Source: Chrysomallon squamiferum
Taxonomy: Eukaryota > Animalia > Mollusca
Assembly: GCA_012295275.1 (NCBI GenBank)
Contig: CM022665.1
Span: 40,734,001-40,798,000 of the forward strand
Reading direction: 5' to 3'
DNA: 64,000 nt
In this document: piece by piece, positions 22,718 through 35,470 of the stretch
How the letters are laid out: every line of letters begins with the position of its first letter
Numbering within the stretch: the stretch's first letter is position 1
Made by a program: the position numbers and the translations under genes
Notes under the pieces: model-generated
Database searches by the model: none
What the model was told of the DNA's origin: nothing
What the model saw: only the letters and a program-made list of their open reading frames with translations

Positions 22718-25420
22718 ATGGCACAGGCGAAAGGGGTTCATTCAAAAAAAGAAACGATGAAACCAAAGACAAACATACGTCCCACTTCTGCTGTCAGATC
22801 AATTAAATCTGCCTCAGCACTCAGGAATCACTGTGAAGTTTTAACCAAGGAAAACACAGAACTCACAGCTTCCCTAGCAAGAAAAGAAGAAGAAAATACT
22901 CTTTTGAAAGAAAAACTTCGAAGTCTTTCATATGAAATTATAGAGTCGTCAAACAAATCTGGCAAACAGTACGAGTTTGATCCTAATACAGATGTCCTGG
23001 ATATTCCATTAAATGATTTAAAATCACTTATTGTTGTCCTGTCTACCTCACAGTCAAAACCTAAGTCAACAGTATTTGAAACAAGGATAGAGGAAGTGGA
23101 AACTAGAATTACGTTGCTAAATGGTGAACTTGCAAAGCTTGTCAAACTTAAACTCAAAATTCAAAATGGACTCCAGAGTATTAGTGATTCTGTGAATCTA
23201 GAAGATGCTAAAAAGTTAGCAAGACAGATGTGGGTTGAGTCAAGTAAGTTTTTATATTTAAATTTGTAAAAATACATTTTTTTCTCTAAAATTTATGTAC
23301 TTATTAAAAAATATTTAATTTAATATAGTTCACTTGTAGTTAATCTAATATAACTGATAATCATTCCCATAAAATTATGTTGGTGAATATAACTATTTTA
23401 TTTTTAAATCTTGTTTTTATTTTGGGACATTCAAAACAATGGATTAACTGAAATTTTAACTGATTTTTGTTATAATAATTTTTAAACTAGACTGTATTTA
23501 GTCAAAATTACATATAACTGTGCATGTATTTTGTATTAAAAAGATGTTGAAATGTTTTATTATTGACTAATTTAAAAATCATATTTTTTACTTTATTTTA
23601 TTTTACTTTTATTTTATTTTATTAATTTGTGTTTTAAAATTACTTCATTATTTAGTTATTTTTAAAATTACTTCATTATTGGATTATTTATTATATTTTT
23701 AATTAGATACATTATTCTATAGGTGCAACAGAAGTGTTTGTTAATCCTGTGTCTGAAAAGGATAATGAAACTGAAACAAGTGATGTCTTTTCTACTGAAA
23801 AATCAAATTTAGAAAGCAGAAAATCGCCCATCACAGTAAAATCTAGATCATCTCGCTTTCCACATGCTCTAGCAGTCAACTTGCAGCAAGTGGAAATTTT
23901 ACCTGTATGTTTTAATTTATCATTTTAATTTTGAAATCAAATGAAGTTCTTTTCCATATTTATAAATGTTCTTTTCCGCATTCGTAATGTGTTTTTTTTT
24001 TCACATTTTGTTACATATTTTAATGAATAATAATAATTTTATATATTGAGAAATAACTGTTTGATTAACAGAAATATAATTTTGTTTTAAGATTTAAATT
24101 TGTTTCTGTGGTTATTGCACTGTTATAGAGTTGTGTATTGTGTCCATTTTGAATTTTTCACTGTTCTCATCTATCATCAGATTTATAACACTTAGGAAAC
24201 AAAATAATTGTAGAAGTTGTTTCAATTTTTCAGGTTTCTTGTAAACTTCCTGGCAACACCCATATCAAGGAAATGTCTGAAAGTCTTACTAAGCTAATTG
24301 TTCAGGAGCTTAGTCTTTACAAAGGCAATGGTATGAAAAAATTTAATTTTAATATCTTAACTTTTGATAAATGAATATAACTATATATCTCACCTAACAG
24401 TATAACACATATCACAAAACAGATCAGTTGATATGATGCATAAAGCAATGTCTAATTAAATCATGAAACTGGAGATCATATGAAAGATATGAAATATAAC
24501 TGATAAAAAAGGAGACACTGATTAAAGCGATTTTTAATTTTAAAATATTGACCTAATAAATACATCAACACAGAGATAAAAAACAACAGCAAAATATTGC
24601 AAATATCATGCCTTAATCAGTATTATATCAAAATATCATGTTTCATGACTTCCATCCAAGTTAATACCATATGGATCTTTTCATTCTTTTTTAAAACGAG
24701 GGGAGATAATTTACTTGAGAAACTGAAGACAGTTGGTTCAAAATTTTGTTTCAGTCTTGTAACAGTTTTTAGGTTATTACTTTAGACTGATATTAGCAGA
24801 AGTATGTTTTAAGTCATTTGTTTTTAACAATGGTATTTGAATGTGTAAACAACATTTTATTGGGTCATTTGAAAAATAATAATTTATGAAACATTTGTAA
24901 ATGAATATTGTAATTTATAGTAATAAAAAATTGTCATTTACTTCTTTTAATTTTTTAATACTATATTTTATTTTTCAAAACAAAAACACATAAATTTTCT
25001 TTAAATATTTTTTTTATTTCTTTATTTTGTTTTTTTCATTTTATTTCATTTATTTTTATTTTTATTTTTATTTTTATTTTTATTTTTATTTTTATTTTTA
25101 TTTTTATTTTTATTTTTATTTTTATTTTTATTTTTATTTTTATTTAATTTTTGTCACAAAGTTTTGAAATTATCCAATCGTAATGTCTTGTTTTGTTAGG
25201 TGCTGATTGGAGGATGTTTGCTGAGAGAGTTGGTGTTCCTGATCACATGATAAAACAGTGGGAGGTGATGAAACTGGCACAGCCTATGAAAAATGTCCTG
25301 GTTGTGTGGGGGGAAAGTTCTGGTGCAACAGTGCGCATGCTTCATCGCCATCTAATTTCACCACAGATGAAGAAAATTCTTCTGGCAAAACGAATCAGTG
25401 ATCATTATATTGTTGACTGA
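22718..25420 (+). CDS. Uncharacterised coiled-coil protein with C-terminal death domain; join(22718..23243,23723..23904,24234..24330,25200..25420), 341 aa
   Basis: Donors GTAAGT, GTATGT and GTATGA; acceptors TAG, CAG and TAG; phases 1,0,1 give one continuous 1026-nt frame. Heptad-like segments LTKENTELTASLARKEEENTLLKEKLRSL and IEEVETRITLLNGELAKLVKLKLKI. The C-terminus GADWRMFAERVG...PMKNVLVVW...ATVRMLHRHL matches the death-domain pattern (DW..LA..LG, P...LL..W, ATV..L...L). Confidence 0.85.
25054..25145. repeat. (TTTTTA)n simple repeat just upstream of the death-domain exon acceptor
   Basis: Hexanucleotide run. Confidence 0.9.
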
Positions 25421-25616
25421 ACTTGATTTGTATTTAGTCTCTTTATTTATTCATTAATACAGTGACAAATTCAAGAGAGGGTGATTAGGTGATGGTAAAA
25501 GAAAAACCTATTGTGTTGTTATATGAAAAAAAACTTACCATCATCTGACTCCATCTCATTTACATTTCTGTAATATTTACAGTTACAGTTTAAGAGGTGT
25601 CTTTTACACATTTTAC

Positions 25617-25650
<34 letters not shown>

Positions 25651-25798
25651 ACCATTTTTCTTTTTTATGCTGGAAACCAATATGTGCTTGTCAAAAACAC
25701 CCGAATCTTATAAATGATCTGCAAAACTGGTATAAAATATTAGATGTATCCCTAAAGTGTCATTTTTATTTTATTCTTATTTATTCTTATTCTTATTC

Positions 25799-25850
<52 letters not shown>

Positions 25851-28800
25851 TCCTTTTAAGATTACCAAACAGTAACTTTTCGGGTTTATTTTTAAAATAG
25901 ATTTTACTTTTTAACAAAGATGGGTTCATTTCAAAATAGATTTTTGCTTTCAAGATAAGGTTTAATGTGAAGATGTATGTTATTTATTATAATTCTTGGA
26001 ATCAGTATGAAAATAGTGAATGAACTGAAAATTTAAGTGACAAGATTTGACCAGAACTTGCAATTATTTACTAATTTAATTATCTTTAATCAATAATTTA
26101 AATATTTATGGTTATATTTTGTACATGGTTGATCATGTTTGTGATATGAATTACTAACTTTGAAATGTAAATAAATGAACACCATTAAATATAATTTGTT
26201 TTAGAAACACAAGGTTTAGTATCGTATTTCAAATCCTAATTTTTTTAATTTTCTCTCTATAATTATGAAATTTAAAAAATATTTTGTTATTGTAATAATT
26301 TTATAACTGATCATAATTATTGTATTAAAATAGCATCACAGTTTTACATATTTATATTTCTCTAAAAACCTTTTTATTTTTCATTCTAATTGTCCTGTTT
26401 TGGTATTAATAGCATAATACTTTTTTTTATTTTATTGTCAAAAGTAATGATTTTTTGCTACTAGATCATTTATCTCTGAAATTATCAATATATGTTACAA
26501 ATATATCTGTGCCATTTTAGAACCTCAACAAACTCTGTGCAATTTTAATTTGTAGACCTTTATCTGTAATCTATTTTTGTGTGTCCTGTTCATAGCCTTG
26601 TGTTGAATTTATTCATAATACTTATGGTGGACTGCCATATTAACAAAACACTGACTGAGATATTTGTAGTAATAAAAATACATCAATTTGAAACATGAAG
26701 TTAAAATCAGAACAGCTATTATGATTTCCTTTTTTTTTTTCTTTTTTTATTATTCTGAAGTTAACATAAATTCATTCATCCAAATTTGAAAACCCCCACC
26801 CAAAATAAAACATTTTAAAATTGTTAAATTTTACATTAATTATTGAATTTAATTTCATGAAGAAAGGAACATAATTATTAGGTTTGGCACTTTTGCTGTA
26901 TGCTACTGTACCATCTTACCCCTCCCATCCCATTGGAAAATCATCTTATGATGTCTTCATAATTGACAGTATTAGACACTGCTCAAAGTATTTATTTATA
27001 ACATAACTGGTCATAAAACTGCTGAAAACTAAATGCCAAAAAGAATCTGCCAAAATAAAGGATATGTTTTATGTGAAATGTTTTTCATATGTTGTTTTAA
27101 TACAGTATTTTCATGATAAACTGACAAACAAATAAAATCCATTTTAGTATGAAAAAAAATATCAGTTTAATAATAGCTACAAATTAAAACTGAAATAAAA
27201 TATAGTATTGCAGAAGACTGCAAGCAAAAATAACTTGTTAACAGGGGTGTGCAATGGTTGAGTACCATTAACAATGAAATCAAAAACTTAACAAGTTTGT
27301 GCATTAAAACAGGATGCATTCTTTTACACCATAAATGTAAATAAATGATGGGGATTACTGGTTTCTTATTTTAAGGGCAGACTTCAGAAGACATAAATAT
27401 ATGCCAAATATACACACATATTAGCAGTGTGTTCCGTCATTCAGTAGGTTGGTTTTGTTTATGTGTCTATATATAGAGATTTCTGTGTTGATATAATTAC
27501 ATATGTGTTTAAGTATCTTAAACAAAATTCATGTAACATTTTAGAATACTTCTATCACTTTTGTGTTTCTTCACATTGCTGTGTATGTGTTACTAATAAT
27601 TGTTATGTTCTATTTATAATTTATGTTACTGCTCTGTATTTTATGATCTTTGCATATTTTTATCTGATATTTACTTACTCTTATTCTCTTTTCCAAAGAT
27701 ATTATTTTTTACTGATTATACAAAAACTGTATTTATACATTTACTCCCTATTTATCTGTTTTGACTAAATTTGTCAATTTTGTTGGTATATGTTGTATTG
27801 ATATTAAATTTTATTTTGTTTCTCGTGGTTCAGTTTAGGAAATATTTACATATTCATATATATTTATCTGCTGCAGTTTAAATATATTATTATTATGCAT
27901 TAAGAAATATTTCTTGTTAGAGTTAAATTGTTCTTCATTCAAATTTTAATTTTTGTTTGCCTTAGAAATACAGTATCTTTTTATTTTAATTAATACAACG
28001 TAAAATTTACATTTTCTTAAATTATTTTATTTCTTGCCATAGATTGCTATACCATTTCTGATATTATTTTAATTACTATATTGCTGGGATGTGTTTAAAC
28101 ATTCATTCATTCATTTATTTTTTAATTGCAAATGACAGTGAGTAAATGTTTTATGACTAAAACAGATTTACTGTTTGCTTTGCCCACAGTTAAAAAAGTG
28201 ATGAAAGAACAACAGCCTATCTGCTGACAGACAAATTTTTCTGTTCAACTGGATGACACAATTGTTAAACTGTTAACTTTCATTCTGGATGGTTATGGAA
28301 TCTCGAATCAGTATTCGCTCCTGTGAGTGTTTATTCAGATGATGTTTAATAATATTAATACGCTTTCATAATCTTTAATTGACTTAATTAGAAATTAACA
28401 TACACTAACAAGCACCAGTTTGGAAGTGTAAGATCTGTTTTTCTGTGTGCGTAAAGTTTTAATATACTAATAGTTGAGCATCCAGAACAGACACATTTGG
28501 ATGTTCACTCTGGATGTAATTAATATTCACATTTCACTGCTTCATAATAAAGCCTCTATTGTATTTACAAATAAGGAAAAAGAAAATTCTGGAACCAAAT
28601 TTCATATAAATTATGATTTAATTCATTTTGTAATTGTGAAATATTTCATTATTTTTATTATTATATTTATTTTATTTTATTTTTTTTTTTATTTTCATTT
28701 TCATTTTTTTTTTTTTTTTTTTTTTTTATTCTGAATTGCTTTTTTATTATAATAATTAATTTCTTTATCTGTGTATTATTATTTTGTTTTTATTATGTAT

Positions 28801-28997
28801 TTTTAAATATTATTGTTTTTATTATTATTTATTCAATTTTATATGGATTATCATTAGTTTTATTATTTATTTTATTTTATATTGATTATTTACTTACTTA
28901 TTTATTTATTTATTAATTAATTTATTGATTTATTTATCTTATATGGATTATTATTACTATTATTTTATTTATTTATTATATATGGATTGTTACTATT

Positions 28998-29035
<38 letters not shown>

Positions 29036-29569
29036 AAGAGGAATAACGTCTTAAAATGTTTTTAGTATTATATGGAAAAGCTGCTGGATAATAAGTGCCA
29101 ACAAAGCTGCCAAAAATGTGAACAAATATGAAGTAGCAAAATAAGTTTTGATTATTTTTTTCATGTGATGGTATTGTACATTATGAGATTAGTTAAATAT
29201 ATATTCCTGCTGAAATTATGGGCCAAGAAATTTGCCAAATTTTAATGAAAATATTCATGTAAAATTATTTAATATTTTTGTATTTATTGTCATTGATATG
29301 TTTAGGTGAATAAACTATAATTATTGTCTTAAATTATGTCTGAGTTTTATTTTTGTGATGAAAAAATTTTATAATACATTTTTATAAATGAGATAAATAT
29401 ATGAACAACACTTCTATTTTACTTTTTTTTTTTGTTGTTTATTTATTTATTTATATATTTATTTTAAAGTTCATCTCATTTGATTTAATCCTTTTTTATT
29501 AAATTATTATTTAATTTATTAGTAATATTATTATTAGTAGTAGTAGTAGTACTTTAAATGAACAAAATA

Positions 29570-29797
29570 TCGTATAGCAATATTAGCCATTGTGCATTCA
29601 TAATTACTTTTTCAGAACATCCCGACAAAACCTTAAATCACCAAGGTCGGACATTTCCGATTAATCTTGCGGAAGAAGCCGAACTATTTATTTTCAACGA
29701 TTCTTCATATTTTAATAAATTAGAAAGTTTGGAGTTGTGTCCCTTCTACTTTTATTGTGGTGTACTAGCGTTTTTATTTTTATTTTTTTTTAACAAA
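29570..29797 (+). promoter_or_regulatory. LCLAT1 promoter / 5' UTR
   Basis: CpG-containing island after a long AT-rich tract, with TTTCCG and GCGGAAG ETS-like cores; start context AACAAAATGG. Confidence 0.5.
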
Positions 29798-30278
29798 ATG
29801 GGGGGTTATATCGGCGGTATTTCTTTTTCTGGTCTGCTCTTTTTGACAAGCTTTTTTGGGACTGTTTGTTTTCTTACACCATTAATGCCGTTTGTGTTAT
29901 TAAATCCATGGTTAGCACGTCGGGCTTTCGATTTCTTCTTAACGTTATGGCTTACATATGCGGTGGTAAGTAGTCACAGCAACCGATTAATGACCTTGCA
30001 TTAATAATTATGATGTGAATTAATTAATATGTACGTAATTTGTGGAAGGCAGGTAATGGAAATTATAAGATATCCATTTGGTTTCATTCTTTAATAGTTA
30101 GTAGTGTTCCTTTTTAATTATTAATAGAAATTATTGATAGATAATTATAATGTATGAAAAAATAAGTGCAGAAGTAAAATTTCGATGGCACTAGCATTAA
30201 AAACATGTTGCAGTAGTAATTAGTTTTATTATCCTATGGTAAAACAGTTTTGAATTGCAAAGATCTCAAATATATGAT

Positions 30279-30371
<93 letters not shown>

Positions 30372-33300
30372 CACACACATAAACACAGTATAAATACACA
30401 TACACATACAATACACATACACAATACACAAACACAAACACAAACACAATTACACATCTGCTTTTTTTCTTTTTTTCTTTTCTTTCTTCATACATCAGCC
30501 AACAGAATTTTCATTAAGGAAAAATCAATTGCATTATCTATTTACAGGCTGTTTGTGAGATTATTATGGGTCTCAAGGTAACTATTAGCGGAATGCCGTC
30601 AGATGTATCAGAAAGCCAGCTGGTAATCATGAATCATCGAACAAGATTTGACTGGCTATTTTACTGGTCCTATCAAATACGATGTGGCTCGCTGCATAAC
30701 ATGAAGATATCAATGAAAGACAGTTTGAAATTCATCCCTGGACCAGGTATCAACAGACATTATTTTTCTGTAATCCTGCAGTTTAGATCTAAACTTGTTA
30801 CCTGAAAATGTACTCGGTATTTTGCTGCTGCAGTGTTGTTTTTTTTTTTCTTTTCTTTTTGTGTTTTTACTGCTAGTACAGACAAAAAAAAAGGGTGATA
30901 TTAAAATTGTATAAATCCACTTTTGTGGTCAGACTTGTGAAATCAACCAGTTTTTTTTTCTTTTTATGATTTAACAGACAGCCACATTACCATGGTAACT
31001 GGTGTAAATGCAAAAAATAAATTTAATGGGCTGTGCTGATCAGTTTTTGGAAAAGTAAAATGTATTTTTATTACATTACATTTTATTTTATTTTATTTTA
31101 TTTTATTTTATAAACAAAACTGATCCAAAGGTAAACTGATATATTACTTTTATGCTTACAACTAAACTATACAATTTTTTTGCTTTTTTATTTACCATTA
31201 ATAGTACTTGGTTAATAATATTTTTATTTATTAATTTGCTGTTGCTGTTTTTTTTTTTTTTTTTTTTTATTGTTGTTTTCATAGCTGTTTTATGATAATA
31301 TATATTATTTTTCAGAAATGAAATATGTTTTACCATTTCAAAATAGGTTAATTTATGTAAAATAATTAATATCTTTTTTTGTGTTCAAAACAACAAAAGC
31401 AAACCTTTTTTAAATGTCAAGCTGTTATTATAATCATATACATTTTTTTATCATTTCCAATAATAGTGGGTTTTTTAATATTACTTTATTTTTAATATTA
31501 TTTAATAATTTTAACGTGAACATGGCAAGCATTTAGCCTTTTATATTAATTTTTGGTCTTTTTGTATAAAATATGTAACATTTTTATATTATTTTTAATA
31601 AAATATATCTATGTACATGGTAACATTCTGAAATACCCCAGGAAAGCAATTTTCTGAATTAAAATGTTAATTTATCTTTTAACTTTAGTTATTCTTATTA
31701 AGTTTAGTTATTCATTCTGAGACAAGGGTGCTGTTTATTTTTGTTGTTTTAATTTTGTTGTTTTTAATTGATTGATTTTAGAGGTTCCAGAAATTGCACT
31801 TTGTTTTTAAATTGATACTGTTGTGTGTTTTGATAAATATTTGCCATTTTGTTTATTTTTATTCCAGGCTTTTGTTGTTTTTAATTTATTGATTTTAGAG
31901 GTTCCAGAAATTGCACTTTGTTTTTAAATTGATACTGTTGTGTGTTTTGATAAATATTTGCCATTTTGTTTATTTTTATTCCAGGCTGGGCTATGCAATG
32001 TGCTGGTTTTATTTTCCTCCAGAGAAAATGGATGTCTGATCAACCAAGACTTGCAGCAGCCATTAAATACTACAAGCTGGTGAATATACATCCCCAGGTA
32101 ATAAAAATAAATAATCCATGATAATAAGGGGAAGTAACTGTATTGTATGATTCAGAGTTCTCTCTTTTTAACTGTTAGTAGCTAAAATTTAAAAAGAAAT
32201 GTTTTCATTTAAATTTAATGAAATTCTTTTACCCATGTCGGTTTGGATAGTTTTAATTTAATTTAAACTCTATATTTTTATTCAGTTGAGTGGATTTGTA
32301 ATTTTAGGCAAAGTTTGGACATACATTAAATGACATTCTTTTTTATTGTTATTATTATTACTATTTTTATTATTATTGTTATTGTTGCTGCTGCTACTAC
32401 TACTACTACTATTACTATTTTTTTTATTTCTTTAACTGTTTATTATTTTTTTTATTTTTTATTTTTTTTGTTGGGTGTGTGTATTTACTGTTTTCAATTT
32501 ATTCTCTAGACAAGATTACTATTCTTTTCTCAGATCTTACTGTTTCCAGAAGGAACTGATTTAACAAAGGAAACACTGGTTAAAAGTGACGCTCATGCAG
32601 AGAAATATGGCTACAAGAAATACAAGAAAGTTCTCCATCCTAGGACAACAGGCTTCTGTTTTCTAGTTGAAGAAATGAAGAAAAGTAAACTTTTAATTCA
32701 AATAAACTTTATGGACAAAAAACCCCAACAAAAAACAAAAAAAGACAAAATATACATATTTTGTATTCTATATTAACTGAATGTATTTTAAAATATTATA
32801 AATACATTTTTGTATCCACCAAGTTATTTTAAAATAATTTCTTTTTATCATTATTATGACCATAGAATAACATCCTATAGCTGCCTTTTTGGTGCTAGTG
32901 TTGTTGTAACAGTCATTCATTCATTATGAAAGGTCTTTTTTGTCCCAAAAGTTAAATTTAAGAATTTTCTTCAGTGAGATAATTATATGCACAATTTAGA
33001 AGACATCAGTTTTAGAATTACTGTTGAAAGCAAAATTCAAAGTGAGTATTTTAGTTAATTATAAATTATATTATTTGATCCATACATTTAATTTTTAAAA
33101 AGAAAATTGTAGAGGAATTTAAAATAATCAATTTTCCATCTCAAAAGTATATAAAACTTTACTCTAATTTTACTCTATTTTTATTATTTGTTTAAATAAA
33201 ATATCATCTGCTATCAGTAAATGCTGAAAATTTATTATTATTATTATTATTATTACATTATTTTTATTTTTTTTTAGCATAAAATTATATTATTCTTTTC

Positions 33301-33804
33301 TTTCTTTTTTAAAAAAAATTATTTACAGATGGAGTTTTAGATTCAATACTTGATGTCACAGTCGCGTACCCAAATAAACTTGCACAAACGGAAGAAGATC
33401 TGCTTCATGGAGACTTTCCAGATGAAATTCACTTTCACGTCCGCTCCATCCCCATTGCCACACTGCCAGAATCAGCAGACGACGTCGCAGCATGGTGCCG
33501 AAAAAGATGGGAAGAAAAAGAAGACAGACTGGAAGAGTTTTACGAAAAGAAACAGTTTCCAATCGAAGAGTTACAGAACAATCAAATTAAATGCGACGAG
33601 AACAGAAATTGTGACGAAACGTCAGTCAAGCTGTACATGTACGGGGCTTTGATGTTTTGGAAAATGTTTCTCATCGTGGTTTTCTATGGACTCTTCGTCT
33701 TGCCATATTTTCGAATATATGTTGTTATAAGCATGTTCTGTTTTTACATAGCTGGCAGACGGCATGGGGGTCTGGATGATGTAATGTTTTCACTGAAACA
33801 TTAA
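29798..33804 (+). CDS. LCLAT1: Lysocardiolipin acyltransferase 1 (AGPAT family); join(29798..29965,30548..30746,31985..32097,32534..32684,33329..33804), 368 aa
   Basis: Five exons with GT-AG sites and consistent phases (0,1,0,1); 1107 nt, ending TAA. Acyltransferase motifs NHRTRFDW (HxxxxD), GWAMQ..FIFLQRKW, LLFPEGTD, VLHPRTTGF and DVTVAYP, with N- and C-terminal transmembrane segments. Confidence 0.93.
30282..30368. repeat. (TC)n microsatellite in LCLAT1 intron 1
   Basis: Perfect dinucleotide run. Confidence 0.97.
31753..31986 (+). repeat. 117-bp tandem duplication (2 copies, 1 mismatch) of the 3' end of LCLAT1 intron 2, including the acceptor
   Basis: 31753-31869 versus 31870-31986 are identical except G31770/T31887; both end in TTTTTATTCCAG|GC. 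Confidence 0.95.
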
Positions 33805-35149
33805 AGAGCATATGCAATAATGATGTTACATCATTTTTCTGAGCACAAAAAAAATCAATGTGTAGGGCTCTCTTTGTTTTTGCCAATGCAATTAGTGTGT
33901 AAATAGTCATTCTCTTTTTAATTCACTTTGCCTGAGAAACACTTTTTTTTTTTTTTTTAATACAAATTATGCAGTTTAAGCAGTATACTTTATTGATATT
34001 TTTTAATTAAACAGTTGCTTTATATTAAAAAAGGTTAAATTATAACTCAAATAAACAGTTGCCACTCAGATGGTATTTTTGTGGAAAAAAGAAATGGGTA
34101 ATGGAAATAGATCTGGAATGATTTTTTATTTCTATTTTTTATTTTTTATTTCTATTTTTTATTTTTTATTTTTTATATTTACTGAATTTTGGCATTAAAT
34201 TTATTTTTTATATTTTATTTTTTATTTTTGTCCATTAACTGAAATCTGGCATTAATTTTTTTATTTTTTATTTTTAAATTATAGAGGAATCTTGTTTGTA
34301 TCTGCAAACAAAGAACTTTCCTAAGTTACTAATCTGAAGTAAATGTTTTCTTTTTGAAGAAATGAAAACTGTACCAAAGAAAATATGTCAAATTTAAACA
34401 ATAAAATCAAAACTGTTTATTTTTATATTAATTAAATGAAGTTGACTCTGACAAAACTAATTTTCTTAATACCAAATATTTGATGTAAATTATTCAGTTC
34501 ATTTGTTAAAAGCTTTATTTTTTTTCTTTTCTTTTCCAAAAAACATGTTAAAATTGGATGCAAATTATACTTTTCTGGGTCCTTTTCAGTATTACAGTTT
34601 CAAAATAAAACATTTTAACCAAAGAAATAAGCAACATAACTACAAGTTGTTTACTAAATCAAATAGAGTTGGTAGTTTTTACTGTTAGATTTAAATGTAT
34701 GAAATTTTACTTAAATGTAGTAGTTTGTATTAGAAATATTTATAGGATACATTATTCTCCACATTAGTATGATTATGCAATTTGAAATTTTATTTATTTT
34801 GAAAATGAAATGTATTATATGAAAAGCTAGTTCACTGCTTCTTTGTTTTTTTAACTTACTGTTTTTACTGATTTTGTTTATATGGCTTGCGCACAGTGTT
34901 TTAATGTTTATTGTGTCTGTTTTTAATTTATTTTTCACAAGAAGTTTAGAATTCTATTATAAACTTGATGTATGATTCCTATCAATTCAATTTATTCTAA
35001 AATTGAATAAGAAAGGATATTTTTAATGTTGTATTTTTTTTGTGATTCCTGTTATTCTTTTGTTCAGTTCCTTCTCCATAAATATTTCTTTTGTTCTTTT
35101 CTTCATTATGTGTCAAAGAATGCAACCAGAACAACCACATGAAATTAAT

Positions 35150-35470
35150 CCACTGGTTATCCCTTTTTCCCATTCCAAGCTTCATGAATTGTTATATACT
35201 AAGCCTACAATGTGTTCTTTCCTGCCTCAGGGAAGGTACATTGAAATAAGTAAAAACAACTTAATGAAGTGACGCCAGCAGGGTTCATTTGTATTAACAT
35301 TACTAAATCAACACCATCTAATGGAGAAAAAAAAGAAAAAGGAATCATATTGAGGTGTTCATTTTTTCCATCTTTTTAAAAAAAAATAAAAAAAAAATAA
35401 AAAAAATAGGTTAGTAGAAAGATATGTCGTGTGACAGCAAATACCACAAACAAAGAGCATATTAAACCAC
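35150..35470 (+). mobile_element. Highly decayed SINE remnant, same family
   Basis: ATGTGTTCTTTCCTGCCTCAGGGAAGGTACAT...ATGAAGTGACGCCAGCAGGGTTC resembles the recalled SINE body. Confidence 0.35.

Noticed and set aside
29558-29797. N-terminal extension of LCLAT1 from ATG 29558
   Set aside because: It runs through promoter-like and T-rich sequence; family similarity begins at ATG 29798.
30986-30999. Palindrome TTACCATGGTAA (RFX X-box-like)
   Set aside because: Isolated intronic motif with no supporting context; could be chance.
33350-33652. 100-aa plus-strand ORF in the track
   Set aside because: Alternative frame of LCLAT1 exon 5; the conserved motifs are in the other frame.
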